This document shows, piece by piece, positions 36,651-45,174 of a DNA stretch of 64,000 nucleotides. Each line of letters begins with the position of its first letter. Position 1 is the first letter of the stretch. The translations under genes were made by a program, and so were the position numbers. Origin of the DNA: Escherichia phage vB_EcoM-pEB20; sequence record OP114733; one strand, written 5' to 3'. The notes beneath the pieces were generated by a model. That model worked only from the letters and a program-made list of their open reading frames with translations, ran no database searches and had not been told where the DNA came from.

Positions 36651-36916
36651 AATTAACTCGAATCAGTATAACTGAAGAAAAGCTGGGCGAATTTTATGTT
36701 GACGAATACATGAAAGTTACGTATTTTCCATTCGTTAAAGGTGTTGGTTTTTGGGAAACTCATGTATCTCAATTAAACGAAGGCGACTATAACGAAACAC
36801 ATGAGAACTTTTTAGATTTTCTTTATAATGCCGGTCTTACTGAGCTTTATATCGATATCCATGAGTTCAAACGTTTAATGGAAAAAGTGTTTCAGGCTTA
36901 TTGTTTGCTCCGATAG
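36647..36916 (+). CDS. hypothetical protein
   Basis: 89 aa; ATGA overlap. Confidence 0.5.
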   Translation: MKLTRISITEEKLGEFYVDEYMKVTYFPFVKGVGFWETHVSQLNEGDYNETHENFLDFLYNAGLTELYIDIHEFKRLMEKVFQAYCLLR

Positions 36917-36988
36917 TATCTCGTGCTTTAAGATAGGTCTCTAAATATTATGATATAATAGACCTATGAATTGAGCCAAGAGGTACTT

Positions 36989-37546
36989 ATGACTGAACAA
37001 AAACCTAAAAATAACTATGTGAATAATAAAGAGCTTCTCGCCGCTATAATCGAGTGGAAAAAGGAGCTCTTAAATAATAAAGACCCAAACAAAATTATTC
37101 GTCAGAATGATACCATCGGTTTAGCAATTATGCTTATCGCCGAAGGCCTGTCCAAACGTTTCAACTTTTCAGGATATACCCAGTCTTGGAAGCAGGAGAT
37201 GATTGCAGATGGGATTGAAGCCTCTATTAAGGGACTTCATAATTTCGACGAAACTAAGTACAATAACCCACATGCATACATAACTCGAGCTTGTTTTAAT
37301 GCTTTTGTCCAACGTATCAAAAAAGAACGTAAGGAAGTTGCAAAGAAATACAGTTACTTCGTTCATAATGTCTACGACAGTCATGACGATGATATGGTAG
37401 CGTTGGTAGATGAAACGTTTATTCAAGACATCTACGATAAAATGACGCATTATGAAGAATCCGCTTATAAAGCTCCTGGGGCTGAAAAGAAGGAAGTTGT
37501 TAGCGATTCGCCTAGTTTGGATTTTTTATATGAGGATGACAATTGA
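36989..37546 (+). CDS. 55: late-transcription sigma factor gp55
   Basis: 185 aa [27 protein letters not shown]...; near-identical to T4 gp55 as recalled. Confidence 0.95.
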   Translation: MTEQKPKNNYVNNKELLAAIIEWKKELLNNKDPNKIIRQNDTIGLAIMLIAEGLSKRFNFSGYTQSWKQEMIADGIEASIKGLHNFDETKYNNPHAYITRACFNAFVQRIKKERKEVAKKYSYFVHNVYDSHDDDMVALVDETFIQDIYDKMTHYEESAYKAPGAEKKEVVSDSPSLDFLYEDDN

Positions 37547-37745
37547 CATCTCTAACTACTTAGAAGAACCTTTTGACGAAGCAATCCCTTATTTGGTAAA
37601 ACTGTTGGGTCGGGAATTTAAAATTAATTTTGACATCGACCCTTTGAACCCACATGACGTGTCATTTTCGATAAATGGGACTCCGGTTGAGTATGAGTTC
37701 TGTATTGAAGAGGATGGACGTTTTTATTTTAATTTAATGAGATAA
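37536..37745 (+). CDS. small hypothetical protein
   Basis: About 69 aa; start ambiguous (37530 or 37536), weak RBS. Confidence 0.35.
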   Translation: MTIDISNYLEEPFDEAIPYLVKLLGREFKINFDIDPLNPHDVSFSINGTPVEYEFCIEEDGRFYFNLMR

Positions 37746-37746
37746 T

Positions 37747-38070
37747 ATGACTACCGAGATTATTGAAAATAAAGAAGCAGAAGATGCAGTAGCTAAAATG
37801 CTACAAGAAATCCAAAAGAAAAATGAAGCTGAAGCACGTAAAAAATCCGAAAAGATTCTTAAAAAGAATCGTTTTGAACTAAACCGTCTTTATGCTCATG
37901 CTCAAGAAGCAGCAATTCAAAACAACTTCGAAGCTTACGAATATGCTATTAAGAAATCTCGGGATATTCTACGACAACCATATAATGACAAGTTAATTAA
38001 AATCCAGTGGGTTACTACTCGTCAGGCTATTGAGGACATCATTAATGGCGCTAGTTCAAACAAAGTTTAA
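37747..38070 (+). CDS. hypothetical helical protein
   Basis: 107 aa ORF. Confidence 0.5.
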   Translation: MTTEIIENKEAEDAVAKMLQEIQKKNEAEARKKSEKILKKNRFELNRLYAHAQEAAIQNNFEAYEYAIKKSRDILRQPYNDKLIKIQWVTTRQAIEDIINGASSNKV

Positions 38071-38251
38071 ACGTCTGAAGCTGAACGCAGGGTTCACCCT
38101 TAAATTGGGAGGTCCTCTTTGTGTTAAAATTTCTGAAAAGGAATATCACGATGGTTCTATTACAGAAATTTGTCCGCCTATTGTAAAGGCAGACCCAAAA
38201 CAACTTGTGTGGGTTGATTCATTTCAAGTTAAGAAATGGTGGAAACGATGA
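38045..38251 (+). CDS. small hypothetical protein
   Basis: 68 aa from ATG 38045 (GAGGA SD). Confidence 0.4.
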   Translation: MALVQTKFKRLKLNAGFTLKLGGPLCVKISEKEYHDGSITEICPPIVKADPKQLVWVDSFQVKKWWKR

Positions 38252-38290
38252 GAGAAATTGATTTAGGCATTTTCTGAGAGGTGCTTATGC

Positions 38291-38464
38291 ATGACGAACA
38301 TCCCGACTTCTGAAAATTTCGATAAAATCCGTAAAGGCAAAGCAGAAAGAATGAGACGTTTTAAAGAGTCTTATGATAAAGCTAAAGCCGAAGGAACTAT
38401 TACGTACAAGCCCATTCGATTTAAAAGTTCAAATGAGCCTCTGTACGGTGTACTATGTGGATAG
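38291..38464 (+). CDS. small basic hypothetical protein (57 aa)
   Basis: ATG 38291 after GAGAGGTG; below track cut-off; followed by terminator. Confidence 0.35.
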   Translation: MTNIPTSENFDKIRKGKAERMRRFKESYDKAKAEGTITYKPIRFKSSNEPLYGVLCG

Positions 38465-38487
38465 GAACTCTTCGGAGTTCCTTTTTT
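38464..38487 (+). terminator. rho-independent terminator with UUCG tetraloop
   Basis: GGAACTC-TTCG-GAGTTCC + T6. Confidence 0.75.
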
Positions 38488-38510
38488 GCTTTATAAACGG
38501 ATGATAGAAT
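38487..38510 (+). promoter_or_regulatory. middle (MotA-type) promoter candidate for gene 47
   Basis: MotA box TGCTTTA at 38487, 11 nt, -10 TAGAAT at 38505. Confidence 0.5.
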
Positions 38511-38533
38511 GAATTAACTAATGAGGAAATAAT

Positions 38534-39553
38534 ATGAAAATTTTGCACTTAGGCGACTTCCATATCGGAGTCAAACAAGACGACCCATGGGTTCAAGATA
38601 TTCAACGTGATGGTATTCGTCAAGCAATTGAATACTCTAAGAAACACGGGATTAAAACTTGGATTCAGTACGGTGATTGGTTTGACGTCCGTAAAGCAAT
38701 AACACATCGTACAATGGAATTCAATCGTGAAATCGTTGATATGATTTCTAAAGCAGACATTCACGTTCATGTCACGATAGGAAACCATGACATGGCGTTT
38801 AAGAATACAATAACACCTAACACTGTTTCTGAATTGTTAACTCAATTTGAAAACTTTACTATTTACGAGCATCCGACTACTGTAGATTTTGATGGATGTC
38901 TGATTGATATCGTTCCATGGATGTGTGAAGAAAATACAGGTGAAATCTTAGAGCACATCAAGACTTCTTCTGCCGCATATTGTGTTGGTCACTGGGAATT
39001 AAATGGCTTCTATTTCTATAAAGGAATGAAGTCTCATGGGCTTGAACCTGATTTCTTAAAGACCTATAAACAAGTCTGGTCCGGCCACTTCCACACAATC
39101 TCTGAAGCTGCTAACGTCAAATATATTGGGACACCATGGACCCTTACTGCAGGCGATGAGAACGACCCACGCGGATTCTGGGTATTTGACACTGATGTTG
39201 AACATATGGAATTTATTCCTAATGAAACAACATGGCATCGACGAATCACTTATCCGTTTAAAGGCAAAATTAATTATTCTGATTATACTAATCTAGCCGT
39301 ACGTGTTATAGTATCAGAAATTGATTCAGAGTTGACTAAGTTTGAATCTGAACTTGAAAAAGTAGTTCACTCTCTTCGTATGGTTTCTAAAGTTGATAAC
39401 AGTGTTGAATCTGATGATGACCAGGAAATCGAGATTAAATCACTTCAAGATATCATTAAAGAATATATTGACGCGATTCCAGATATCTCAGACGAAGACA
39501 GAGAAGCGCTGGTCAAATATTCCAACGAACTTTATATTGAGGCAACACAATGA
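38534..39553 (+). CDS. 47: recombination nuclease subunit gp47 (Mre11-like)
   Basis: 339 aa; phosphoesterase motifs LGDFH, GDWFD, GNHD. Confidence 0.95.
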   Translation: MKILHLGDFHIGVKQDDPWVQDIQRDGIRQAIEYSKKHGIKTWIQYGDWFDVRKAITHRTMEFNREIVDMISKADIHVHVTIGNHDMAFKNTITPNTVSELLTQFENFTIYEHPTTVDFDGCLIDIVPWMCEENTGEILEHIKTSSAAYCVGHWELNGFYFYKGMKSHGLEPDFLKTYKQVWSGHFHTISEAANVKYIGTPWTLTAGDENDPRGFWVFDTDVEHMEFIPNETTWHRRITYPFKGKINYSDYTNLAVRVIVSEIDSELTKFESELEKVVHSLRMVSKVDNSVESDDDQEIEIKSLQDIIKEYIDAIPDISDEDREALVKYSNELYIEATQ

Positions 39554-39807
39554 CTTTAGATGAATTTAACAATGCTGGGCTCGGGCTTGAAGTTGAAATG
39601 GACGTTAAAGATGATGATGGATTCGAGAACACTATCAAGTATTGGATTGAACCATTACGTGTTGAAGGCAATGAAGTTAAAGCAGTTCATGTTTGTACCG
39701 ACTGGGCTATTGAATTTAGCTTTAATATAATGGACAATGATACTCCTGGCTCTATTCTTAAAATGGCTGAAGCGTGTATCGAGGATGCGTATAATGACGA
39801 AGACTGA
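39550..39807 (+). CDS. small acidic hypothetical protein
   Basis: 85 aa; ATGA overlap. Confidence 0.5.
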   Translation: MTLDEFNNAGLGLEVEMDVKDDDGFENTIKYWIEPLRVEGNEVKAVHVCTDWAIEFSFNIMDNDTPGSILKMAEACIEDAYNDED

Positions 39808-40033
39808 TTATGAAATCCATCGTCATGAATTTAGTATTGGTGACGGTTATATTGGTATTGTTGAATGGACTGAGAATTACGAGGAATCAACTCCTCGTTT
39901 CTTTGGAACAATGTATGTTACCTGTGAGTATGCACCAGGTGTTGTTATGTATGCAGAACTAGATGAGTATTTTGCTGATAGAGATGACATGTTAAAATAT
40001 GTAGAGGACTTCATTCGAAGAGAATACATATGA
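39794..40033 (+). CDS. hypothetical protein
   Basis: 79 aa from ATG 39794 (GAGGA SD). Confidence 0.5.
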   Translation: MTKTDYEIHRHEFSIGDGYIGIVEWTENYEESTPRFFGTMYVTCEYAPGVVMYAELDEYFADRDDMLKYVEDFIRREYI

Positions 40034-41718
40034 AATCATTTAAATTAAATCGTGTTCGTTATCAAAACATCATGTCGGTAGGTGGGAATCCTATTGATAT
40101 CCAATTAGATAAAGTCCAAAAGACATTAATCACTGGTAAAAATGGCGGTGGTAAATCTACGATGTTAGAAGCCATTACTTTCGGACTTTTCGGTAAACCA
40201 TTTCGTGATGTTAAGAAAGGACAAATCATTAATAGCACGAACAAGAAAGAGCTCTTAGTTGAGCTTTGGATGGAATTCGATGATAAAAAATACTTCATTA
40301 AACGTGGCCAAAAGCCCAATATTTTCGAAATCTCCGTTGACGGTGTTCGTCTTGATGAATCTGCCAGCAGTCGTGACTTCCAAGAAGAATTTGAACGTAG
40401 CATCGGAATGTCATACGCGTCTTTTAAACAAATCGTTGTGCTTGGGACGGCAGGGTATACCCCTTTCATGGCTCTTAGCACCCCTGCTCGTAGAAAACTT
40501 GTCGAAGACCTTTTAGAAGTAGGCACACTCGCTGAAATGGATAAAATCAATAAGTCTCAAGTTCGAGAACTTAATTCCCAGGGACAAGTTCTCGATGCCA
40601 AGAAAGATGGTGTTATCCAACAAATTAAGATTTATAATGAGAATATCGAACGTCAAAAGAAATTATCTGGTGATAATGTAGCGCGTCTACAGAATATGTA
40701 TGACGACCTAGCCAAAGAAGCTCGTTCATTAAAAGCAGAAATCGAAGAAGCTAATGAGCGACTACTTAATATCGTTCTTGATGAAGACCCTACTGAGGCA
40801 TTCAACAAGATAGGACAAGAAGCATTCTTGATTAAATCTAAAATCGACTCATATAACAAAGTTATTAAGATGTATCATGATGGCGGTACATGTCCTACTT
40901 GTGCATCACAGTTGCACCAGGGTGATCCTATTGTCTCTAAGATTACCGATAAGCTTCATGAATGTAATCACTCATTCGAGCAACTTACCTGTCACAGAGA
41001 TAATCTGAGTGTCCTAGTGGACGAATATAGAGCTAATGTTAAGACTAAACAGGACCTTGCATCTGATATTCGTACCAAGAAACAAGCAATGATTGCCACT
41101 ATTGATAAAGCTAAGAAAGTTAAAGCTGCAATAGAACAAGCCTCAGCAGAATTTATCGACCATGCCGATGAGATAGCTTTGCTTCAAAAAGAACTTGATA
41201 AAATCATTAAAACAAAATCGGATATCGTTCTTGAAAAATACCATCGTGGTATTATCACAGATATGTTAAAAGATTCTGGTATTAAAGGTGCTATCATTAA
41301 AAAATATGTGCCTCTGTTTAATAAGCAGATTAACCATTATCTTAAAATCATGGAAGCTGATTACGTGTTTTCTATTGATGAAGAATTCAATGAATCTATA
41401 AAATCACGTGGTCGTGAAGAGTTCAGTTATGCTTCATTTAGTCAAGGTGAAAAAGCACGTATCGATATTGCACTGTTGTTTACATGGCGAGATATTGCTG
41501 AAAAGGTCTCTGGTGTTAGAATCAATACATTAATTATGGACGAAGTCATGGATTCCGCGACTGATTCTGAAGGTATTAAAGCTATTTCAACAATTCTTAA
41601 CTCTCTAACCGATGCAAACGTGTTTATAATTAGTCACAGAGACCATGACCCACAAGCTTATGGACAACATCTTCAAATGAGCAAAGTTGGACGATTTACT
41701 GTAATGACTGTTTCATAA
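40030..41718 (+). CDS. 46: recombination ATPase gp46 (Rad50/SbcC-like)
   Basis: 562 aa; Walker A GKNGGGKST, zinc hook CPTC, Walker B LIMDEV. Confidence 0.95.
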   Translation: MKSFKLNRVRYQNIMSVGGNPIDIQLDKVQKTLITGKNGGGKSTMLEAITFGLFGKPFRDVKKGQIINSTNKKELLVELWMEFDDKKYFIKRGQKPNIFEISVDGVRLDESASSRDFQEEFERSIGMSYASFKQIVVLGTAGYTPFMALSTPARRKLVEDLLEVGTLAEMDKINKSQVRELNSQGQVLDAKKDGVIQQIKIYNENIERQKKLSGDNVARLQNMYDDLAKEARSLKAEIEEANERLLNIVLDEDPTEAFNKIGQEAFLIKSKIDSYNKVIKMYHDGGTCPTCASQLHQGDPIVSKITDKLHECNHSFEQLTCHRDNLSVLVDEYRANVKTKQDLASDIRTKKQAMIATIDKAKKVKAAIEQASAEFIDHADEIALLQKELDKIIKTKSDIVLEKYHRGIITDMLKDSGIKGAIIKKYVPLFNKQINHYLKIMEADYVFSIDEEFNESIKSRGREEFSYASFSQGEKARIDIALLFTWRDIAEKVSGVRINTLIMDEVMDSATDSEGIKAISTILNSLTDANVFIISHRDHDPQAYGQHLQMSKVGRFTVMTVS

Positions 41719-41720
41719 AC

Positions 41721-41744
41721 GCTTTAACACGATGTGGTTATAAT
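41721..41744 (+). promoter_or_regulatory. middle promoter candidate within IR GATGTGGT/ACCACATC
   Basis: GCTTTAA at 41721, 11 nt, TATAAT at 41739. Confidence 0.45.
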
Positions 41745-41772
41745 GACCACATCAAATTAAATGGAGAACAAC

Positions 41773-41961
41773 ATGGAGTATTCAACCGGACAACATCTTC
41801 TTGTTGTCCCTGAAATTAAAAAATATGTTTTGACCAATACGTTTTCAGGTGAAGAACATATTGTTACTGAACAAATGCTCAAATCTGCTTTTAAAGATGA
41901 GTATAATAAAATAATGTCTAATCGCAATTCCGCATGGACAGTTACCGACTTCTACGAATAA
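41773..41961 (+). CDS. small hypothetical protein
   Basis: 62 aa from ATG 41773. Confidence 0.45.
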   Translation: MEYSTGQHLLVVPEIKKYVLTNTFSGEEHIVTEQMLKSAFKDEYNKIMSNRNSAWTVTDFYE

Positions 41962-41973
41962 GAGAGAAATAAT

Positions 41974-42390
41974 ATGTTTACTACTGCTAAAGGTTTCACT
42001 GCTGCTGATCTGAAAGTTACTTCTATCCGTACTGACGCTAACCCACATAACCATAATCGTGTTCGTAAAGCATGGGTCCTGCATTGTGATGACGCAAGTG
42101 CTAAAAAGCTTCAATCTCTTCCACAAGAAACTCGTTTCATGATTTATGGCTTTATTGATAACGATGTGTCTGATATGTGGATTCATTTGATGCGTAAGCA
42201 CTATAAAGATTCTATCGAAGCAGGTGCTAAAATCGTTCTTGATAAAGACGGTTCTGAACGCCTTGAAGATTTTTACTGTGTTGATGCCGACGAACAACTA
42301 ATTGCAGCTGGCGAAATTGTTGCTTCTAAAATTCCAGAATATATTGAATCACTGCCTGAAGCTATTAAAAAGCAGATGGTTGCTGCATAA
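41974..42390 (+). CDS. rpbA: RNA polymerase binding protein RpbA-like (by position)
   Basis: 138 aa between 46 and 45 as T4 rpbA; sequence identity not verified. Confidence 0.55.
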   Translation: MFTTAKGFTAADLKVTSIRTDANPHNHNRVRKAWVLHCDDASAKKLQSLPQETRFMIYGFIDNDVSDMWIHLMRKHYKDSIEAGAKIVLDKDGSERLEDFYCVDADEQLIAAGEIVASKIPEYIESLPEAIKKQMVAA

Positions 42391-42432
42391 TAAATTTGTT
42401 ATAAACTTTGAATTGTCTTGAAAGGAAATAAA

Positions 42433-43119
42433 ATGAAACTGTCTAAAGATACTATCGCTATTCTGAAAAACTTCGCTTCTATTAACTCTGGCATCCTGCT
42501 GAGTCAAGGTAAATTTATTATGACTCGTGCAGTTAATGGCACCACTTACGCAGAAGCAAATATCTCTGATGAAATTGATTTTGACGTAGCACTTTATGAT
42601 TTGAATAGCTTCTTAAGCATTTTGAGTCTAGTGTCTGATGATGCTGAAATTTCAATGCACACCGATGGCAATATTAAAATTGCAGATACACGTTCTACTG
42701 TTTATTGGCCTGCCGCAGACAAGAGCACTATCGTGTTCCCGAATAAGCCAATTCAGTTCCCAGTAGCTTCCGTTATTACTGAAATTAAAGCTGAAGACCT
42801 CCAACAATTGCTCCGAGTTTCACGTGGACTGCAGATTGATACAATTGCTATTACAAATAAAGATGGTAAAATTGTTATCAATGGCTATAATAAAGTTGAA
42901 GATTCTGGACTAACTCGTCCTAAGTATTCTTTGACTCTTACCGATTATGATGGTTCTAACAACTTTAACTTCGTAATCAATATGGCTAATATGAAAATCC
43001 AGCCAGGTAACTATAAAGTAATGTTGTGGGGAGCTGGTGATAAAGTTGCAGCCAAGTTTGAAAGCTCTCAAGTAAGTTATGTTATTGCGATGGAAGCCGA
43101 TTCTACTCACGACTTCTAA
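42433..43119 (+). CDS. 45: sliding clamp gp45
   Basis: 228 aa MKLSKDTIAILKNFASINSGILL...; near-identical to T4 gp45 as recalled. Confidence 0.95.
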   Translation: MKLSKDTIAILKNFASINSGILLSQGKFIMTRAVNGTTYAEANISDEIDFDVALYDLNSFLSILSLVSDDAEISMHTDGNIKIADTRSTVYWPAADKSTIVFPNKPIQFPVASVITEIKAEDLQQLLRVSRGLQIDTIAITNKDGKIVINGYNKVEDSGLTRPKYSLTLTDYDGSNNFNFVINMANMKIQPGNYKVMLWGAGDKVAAKFESSQVSYVIAMEADSTHDF

Positions 43120-43194
43120 GTCAAAGCTTTACGTTTATTGTGATACGATTATGGAGGAGAAATCCTCCAGTTTAATGATAATGAGGAAAATTAC

Positions 43195-44157
43195 ATGATT
43201 ACTATCAATTCCAAAGAACACATTCTAGAACAGAAATATCGTCCTTCTTCCATTGACGAATGTATTCTGCCTGCGTATGACCATGAAACATTCAAGTCTT
43301 TAGTATCTAAAGGAAAACTTCCTCATATTATTTTACACTCTCCATCTCCTGGTACCGGTAAAACAACCGTGGCAAAAGCATTATGTAACGATATCAACGC
43401 TGAAATGATGTTCGTCAACGGTTCTGATTGTAAAATTGATTTTGTACGTGGTCCGTTAACTGCATTCGCTCGTTCAGTCTCAATGGAAGGCAAGCCGAAA
43501 GTTATCGTTATCGATGAATTTGACCGTAGTGGCCTTGCTGAATCACAACGGCACCTTCGTACGTTTATGGAAGAATTCTCTAGTAACTGTTCTATTATTA
43601 TTACTGCCAACAACATCGATGGAATTATCGAACCGTTACGTAGTCGTTGTCGAGTTATCGAATTCGGACGTCCAACCGAAGAAGATAAAATCTCAATGAT
43701 GAAGAAAATGATTCATCGCATGGTTGAAATCTGTAAGAACGAAAATATCGAAATCGCTGATATGAAAGTTGTTGCAGCTCTGGTTAAAAAGAACTTCCCA
43801 GACTTTCGTCGTACAATTGGCCAATTAGACCAGTACTCGTCTAAAGGTGTTCTTGATGCGGGTATTTTGTCGATTGTAACCAATGATCGTGGCACGGTAG
43901 ATGATGTCATAGAAGCAATGAAAAATAAAGATATCAAACAGCTTCGTGCATTAGCTCCAAAATATGCCGCTGATTATTCATGGTTCATCGATAAATTAGT
44001 TTCTGAGTGTTATGACAAAGTTGCACCGGGTAAAAGTATTATTTCGCTTTACGAAATTGCAGGCGAAAATAATAAGTTTCATGGGCTAGCTAGTAATATT
44101 GAATTACATGTTATGTATATGCTTCTTCAATTGACTTGTGAATTGACTTGGAAATAA
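43195..44157 (+). CDS. 44: clamp loader large subunit gp44
   Basis: 320 aa AAA+; Walker [10 protein letters not shown], Walker B VIVIDEFD. Confidence 0.95.
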   Translation: MITINSKEHILEQKYRPSSIDECILPAYDHETFKSLVSKGKLPHIILHSPSPGTGKTTVAKALCNDINAEMMFVNGSDCKIDFVRGPLTAFARSVSMEGKPKVIVIDEFDRSGLAESQRHLRTFMEEFSSNCSIIITANNIDGIIEPLRSRCRVIEFGRPTEEDKISMMKKMIHRMVEICKNENIEIADMKVVAALVKKNFPDFRRTIGQLDQYSSKGVLDAGILSIVTNDRGTVDDVIEAMKNKDIKQLRALAPKYAADYSWFIDKLVSECYDKVAPGKSIISLYEIAGENNKFHGLASNIELHVMYMLLQLTCELTWK

Positions 44158-44158
44158 T

Positions 44159-44722
44159 ATGAACTTATTTGATGATGACGTCCAACTTAACGAGCACCAA
44201 ATCGCATGGAAGTCTAATGACGCTGATGCGATTCAAAAATGTGCTGATATGTTTAAAGAAAAACCTGAGAATGAATTCTTTAAAATCATTAATGCTATTA
44301 ATGAAAAGAAATCTATGTCAATTGCTCAGGTTGACTACTCAAAATTTATGGTTGAGAACTCATTATCCCAGTTCCCGGAATGTATGCCTGCAGTTTACAT
44401 GATGAACTTGGTCGGCTCTGAATTAAGCGATGAAGCACACTTCAACTACATGATGGCCGCCATTCCGCGTGGTCGTCGATTCTCTAAATGGGCTAAACTA
44501 GTTGAAGACACTTCAGAGTTACTAGTTATCAAACTGTTGATGAAACATTACATAATCAACATGAATGATGCCACCGAGTATAAGCGGCTCCTTGAAAAAA
44601 ATAACAAGTTGCCAATAGTCCTTAAAGAACTGAAGGCCATGGTCACTGATGAGTTTCTCAAAGAAGTTACAAAAAATGTGAAAGAACAAAAACAATTTAA
44701 AAAATTAGCATTGGAATGGTAA
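44159..44722 (+). CDS. 62: clamp loader small subunit gp62
   Basis: 187 aa; position between 44 and regA. Confidence 0.9.
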   Translation: MNLFDDDVQLNEHQIAWKSNDADAIQKCADMFKEKPENEFFKIINAINEKKSMSIAQVDYSKFMVENSLSQFPECMPAVYMMNLVGSELSDEAHFNYMMAAIPRGRRFSKWAKLVEDTSELLVIKLLMKHYIINMNDATEYKRLLEKNNKLPIVLKELKAMVTDEFLKEVTKNVKEQKQFKKLALEW

Positions 44723-44724
44723 AA

Positions 44725-45093
44725 ATGATTGAAATTAAATTGAAGAACCCTGAAGATTTTCTGAAAGTCAAAGAGACTTTGACCCGTATGGGCATCGCTA
44801 ATAACAAGGATAAAGTCCTTTATCAGTCCTGTCATATCCTCCAAAAGCAAGGTAAATATTACATCGTCCACTTTAAAGAAATGCTGCGAATGGACGGACG
44901 TCAGGTTGATATTGATGGTGAAGACTATCAGCGACGTGATTCGATTGCTCAGTTGCTTGAAGACTGGGGATTGATTGTTATTGAAGACTCTGCTCGTGAA
45001 GATCTGTTTGGCCTGACTAATAACTTCCGTGTTATCTCTTTTAAACAGAAAGATGACTGGACTTTGAAAGCAAAATATACAATTGGTAATTAA
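44725..45093 (+). CDS. regA: translational repressor RegA
   Basis: 122 aa MIEIKLKNPEDFLKVKETLTRMGIANNKDKVLYQSCHILQK; near-identical to T4 RegA. Confidence 0.9.
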   Translation: MIEIKLKNPEDFLKVKETLTRMGIANNKDKVLYQSCHILQKQGKYYIVHFKEMLRMDGRQVDIDGEDYQRRDSIAQLLEDWGLIVIEDSAREDLFGLTNNFRVISFKQKDDWTLKAKYTIGN

Positions 45094-45097
45094 AGCA

Positions 45098-45118
45098 ATG
45101 GGACTTCGGTCCCATTTG
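45098..45118 (+). terminator. hairpin with UUCG tetraloop (terminator/RNA stability element)
   Basis: ATGGGAC-TTCG-GTCCCAT then TTGG. Confidence 0.5.
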
Positions 45119-45174
45119 GAGTATAATAAGTTCATCAACAAACAAAAGACAATAACTCGTCTAAAGGAAATTAA

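Noticed and set aside
44548-45141. 197-aa minus-strand ORF
   Set aside because: Antisense to the well-supported gp62 and regA genes; compositional artefact of AT-rich coding sequence.
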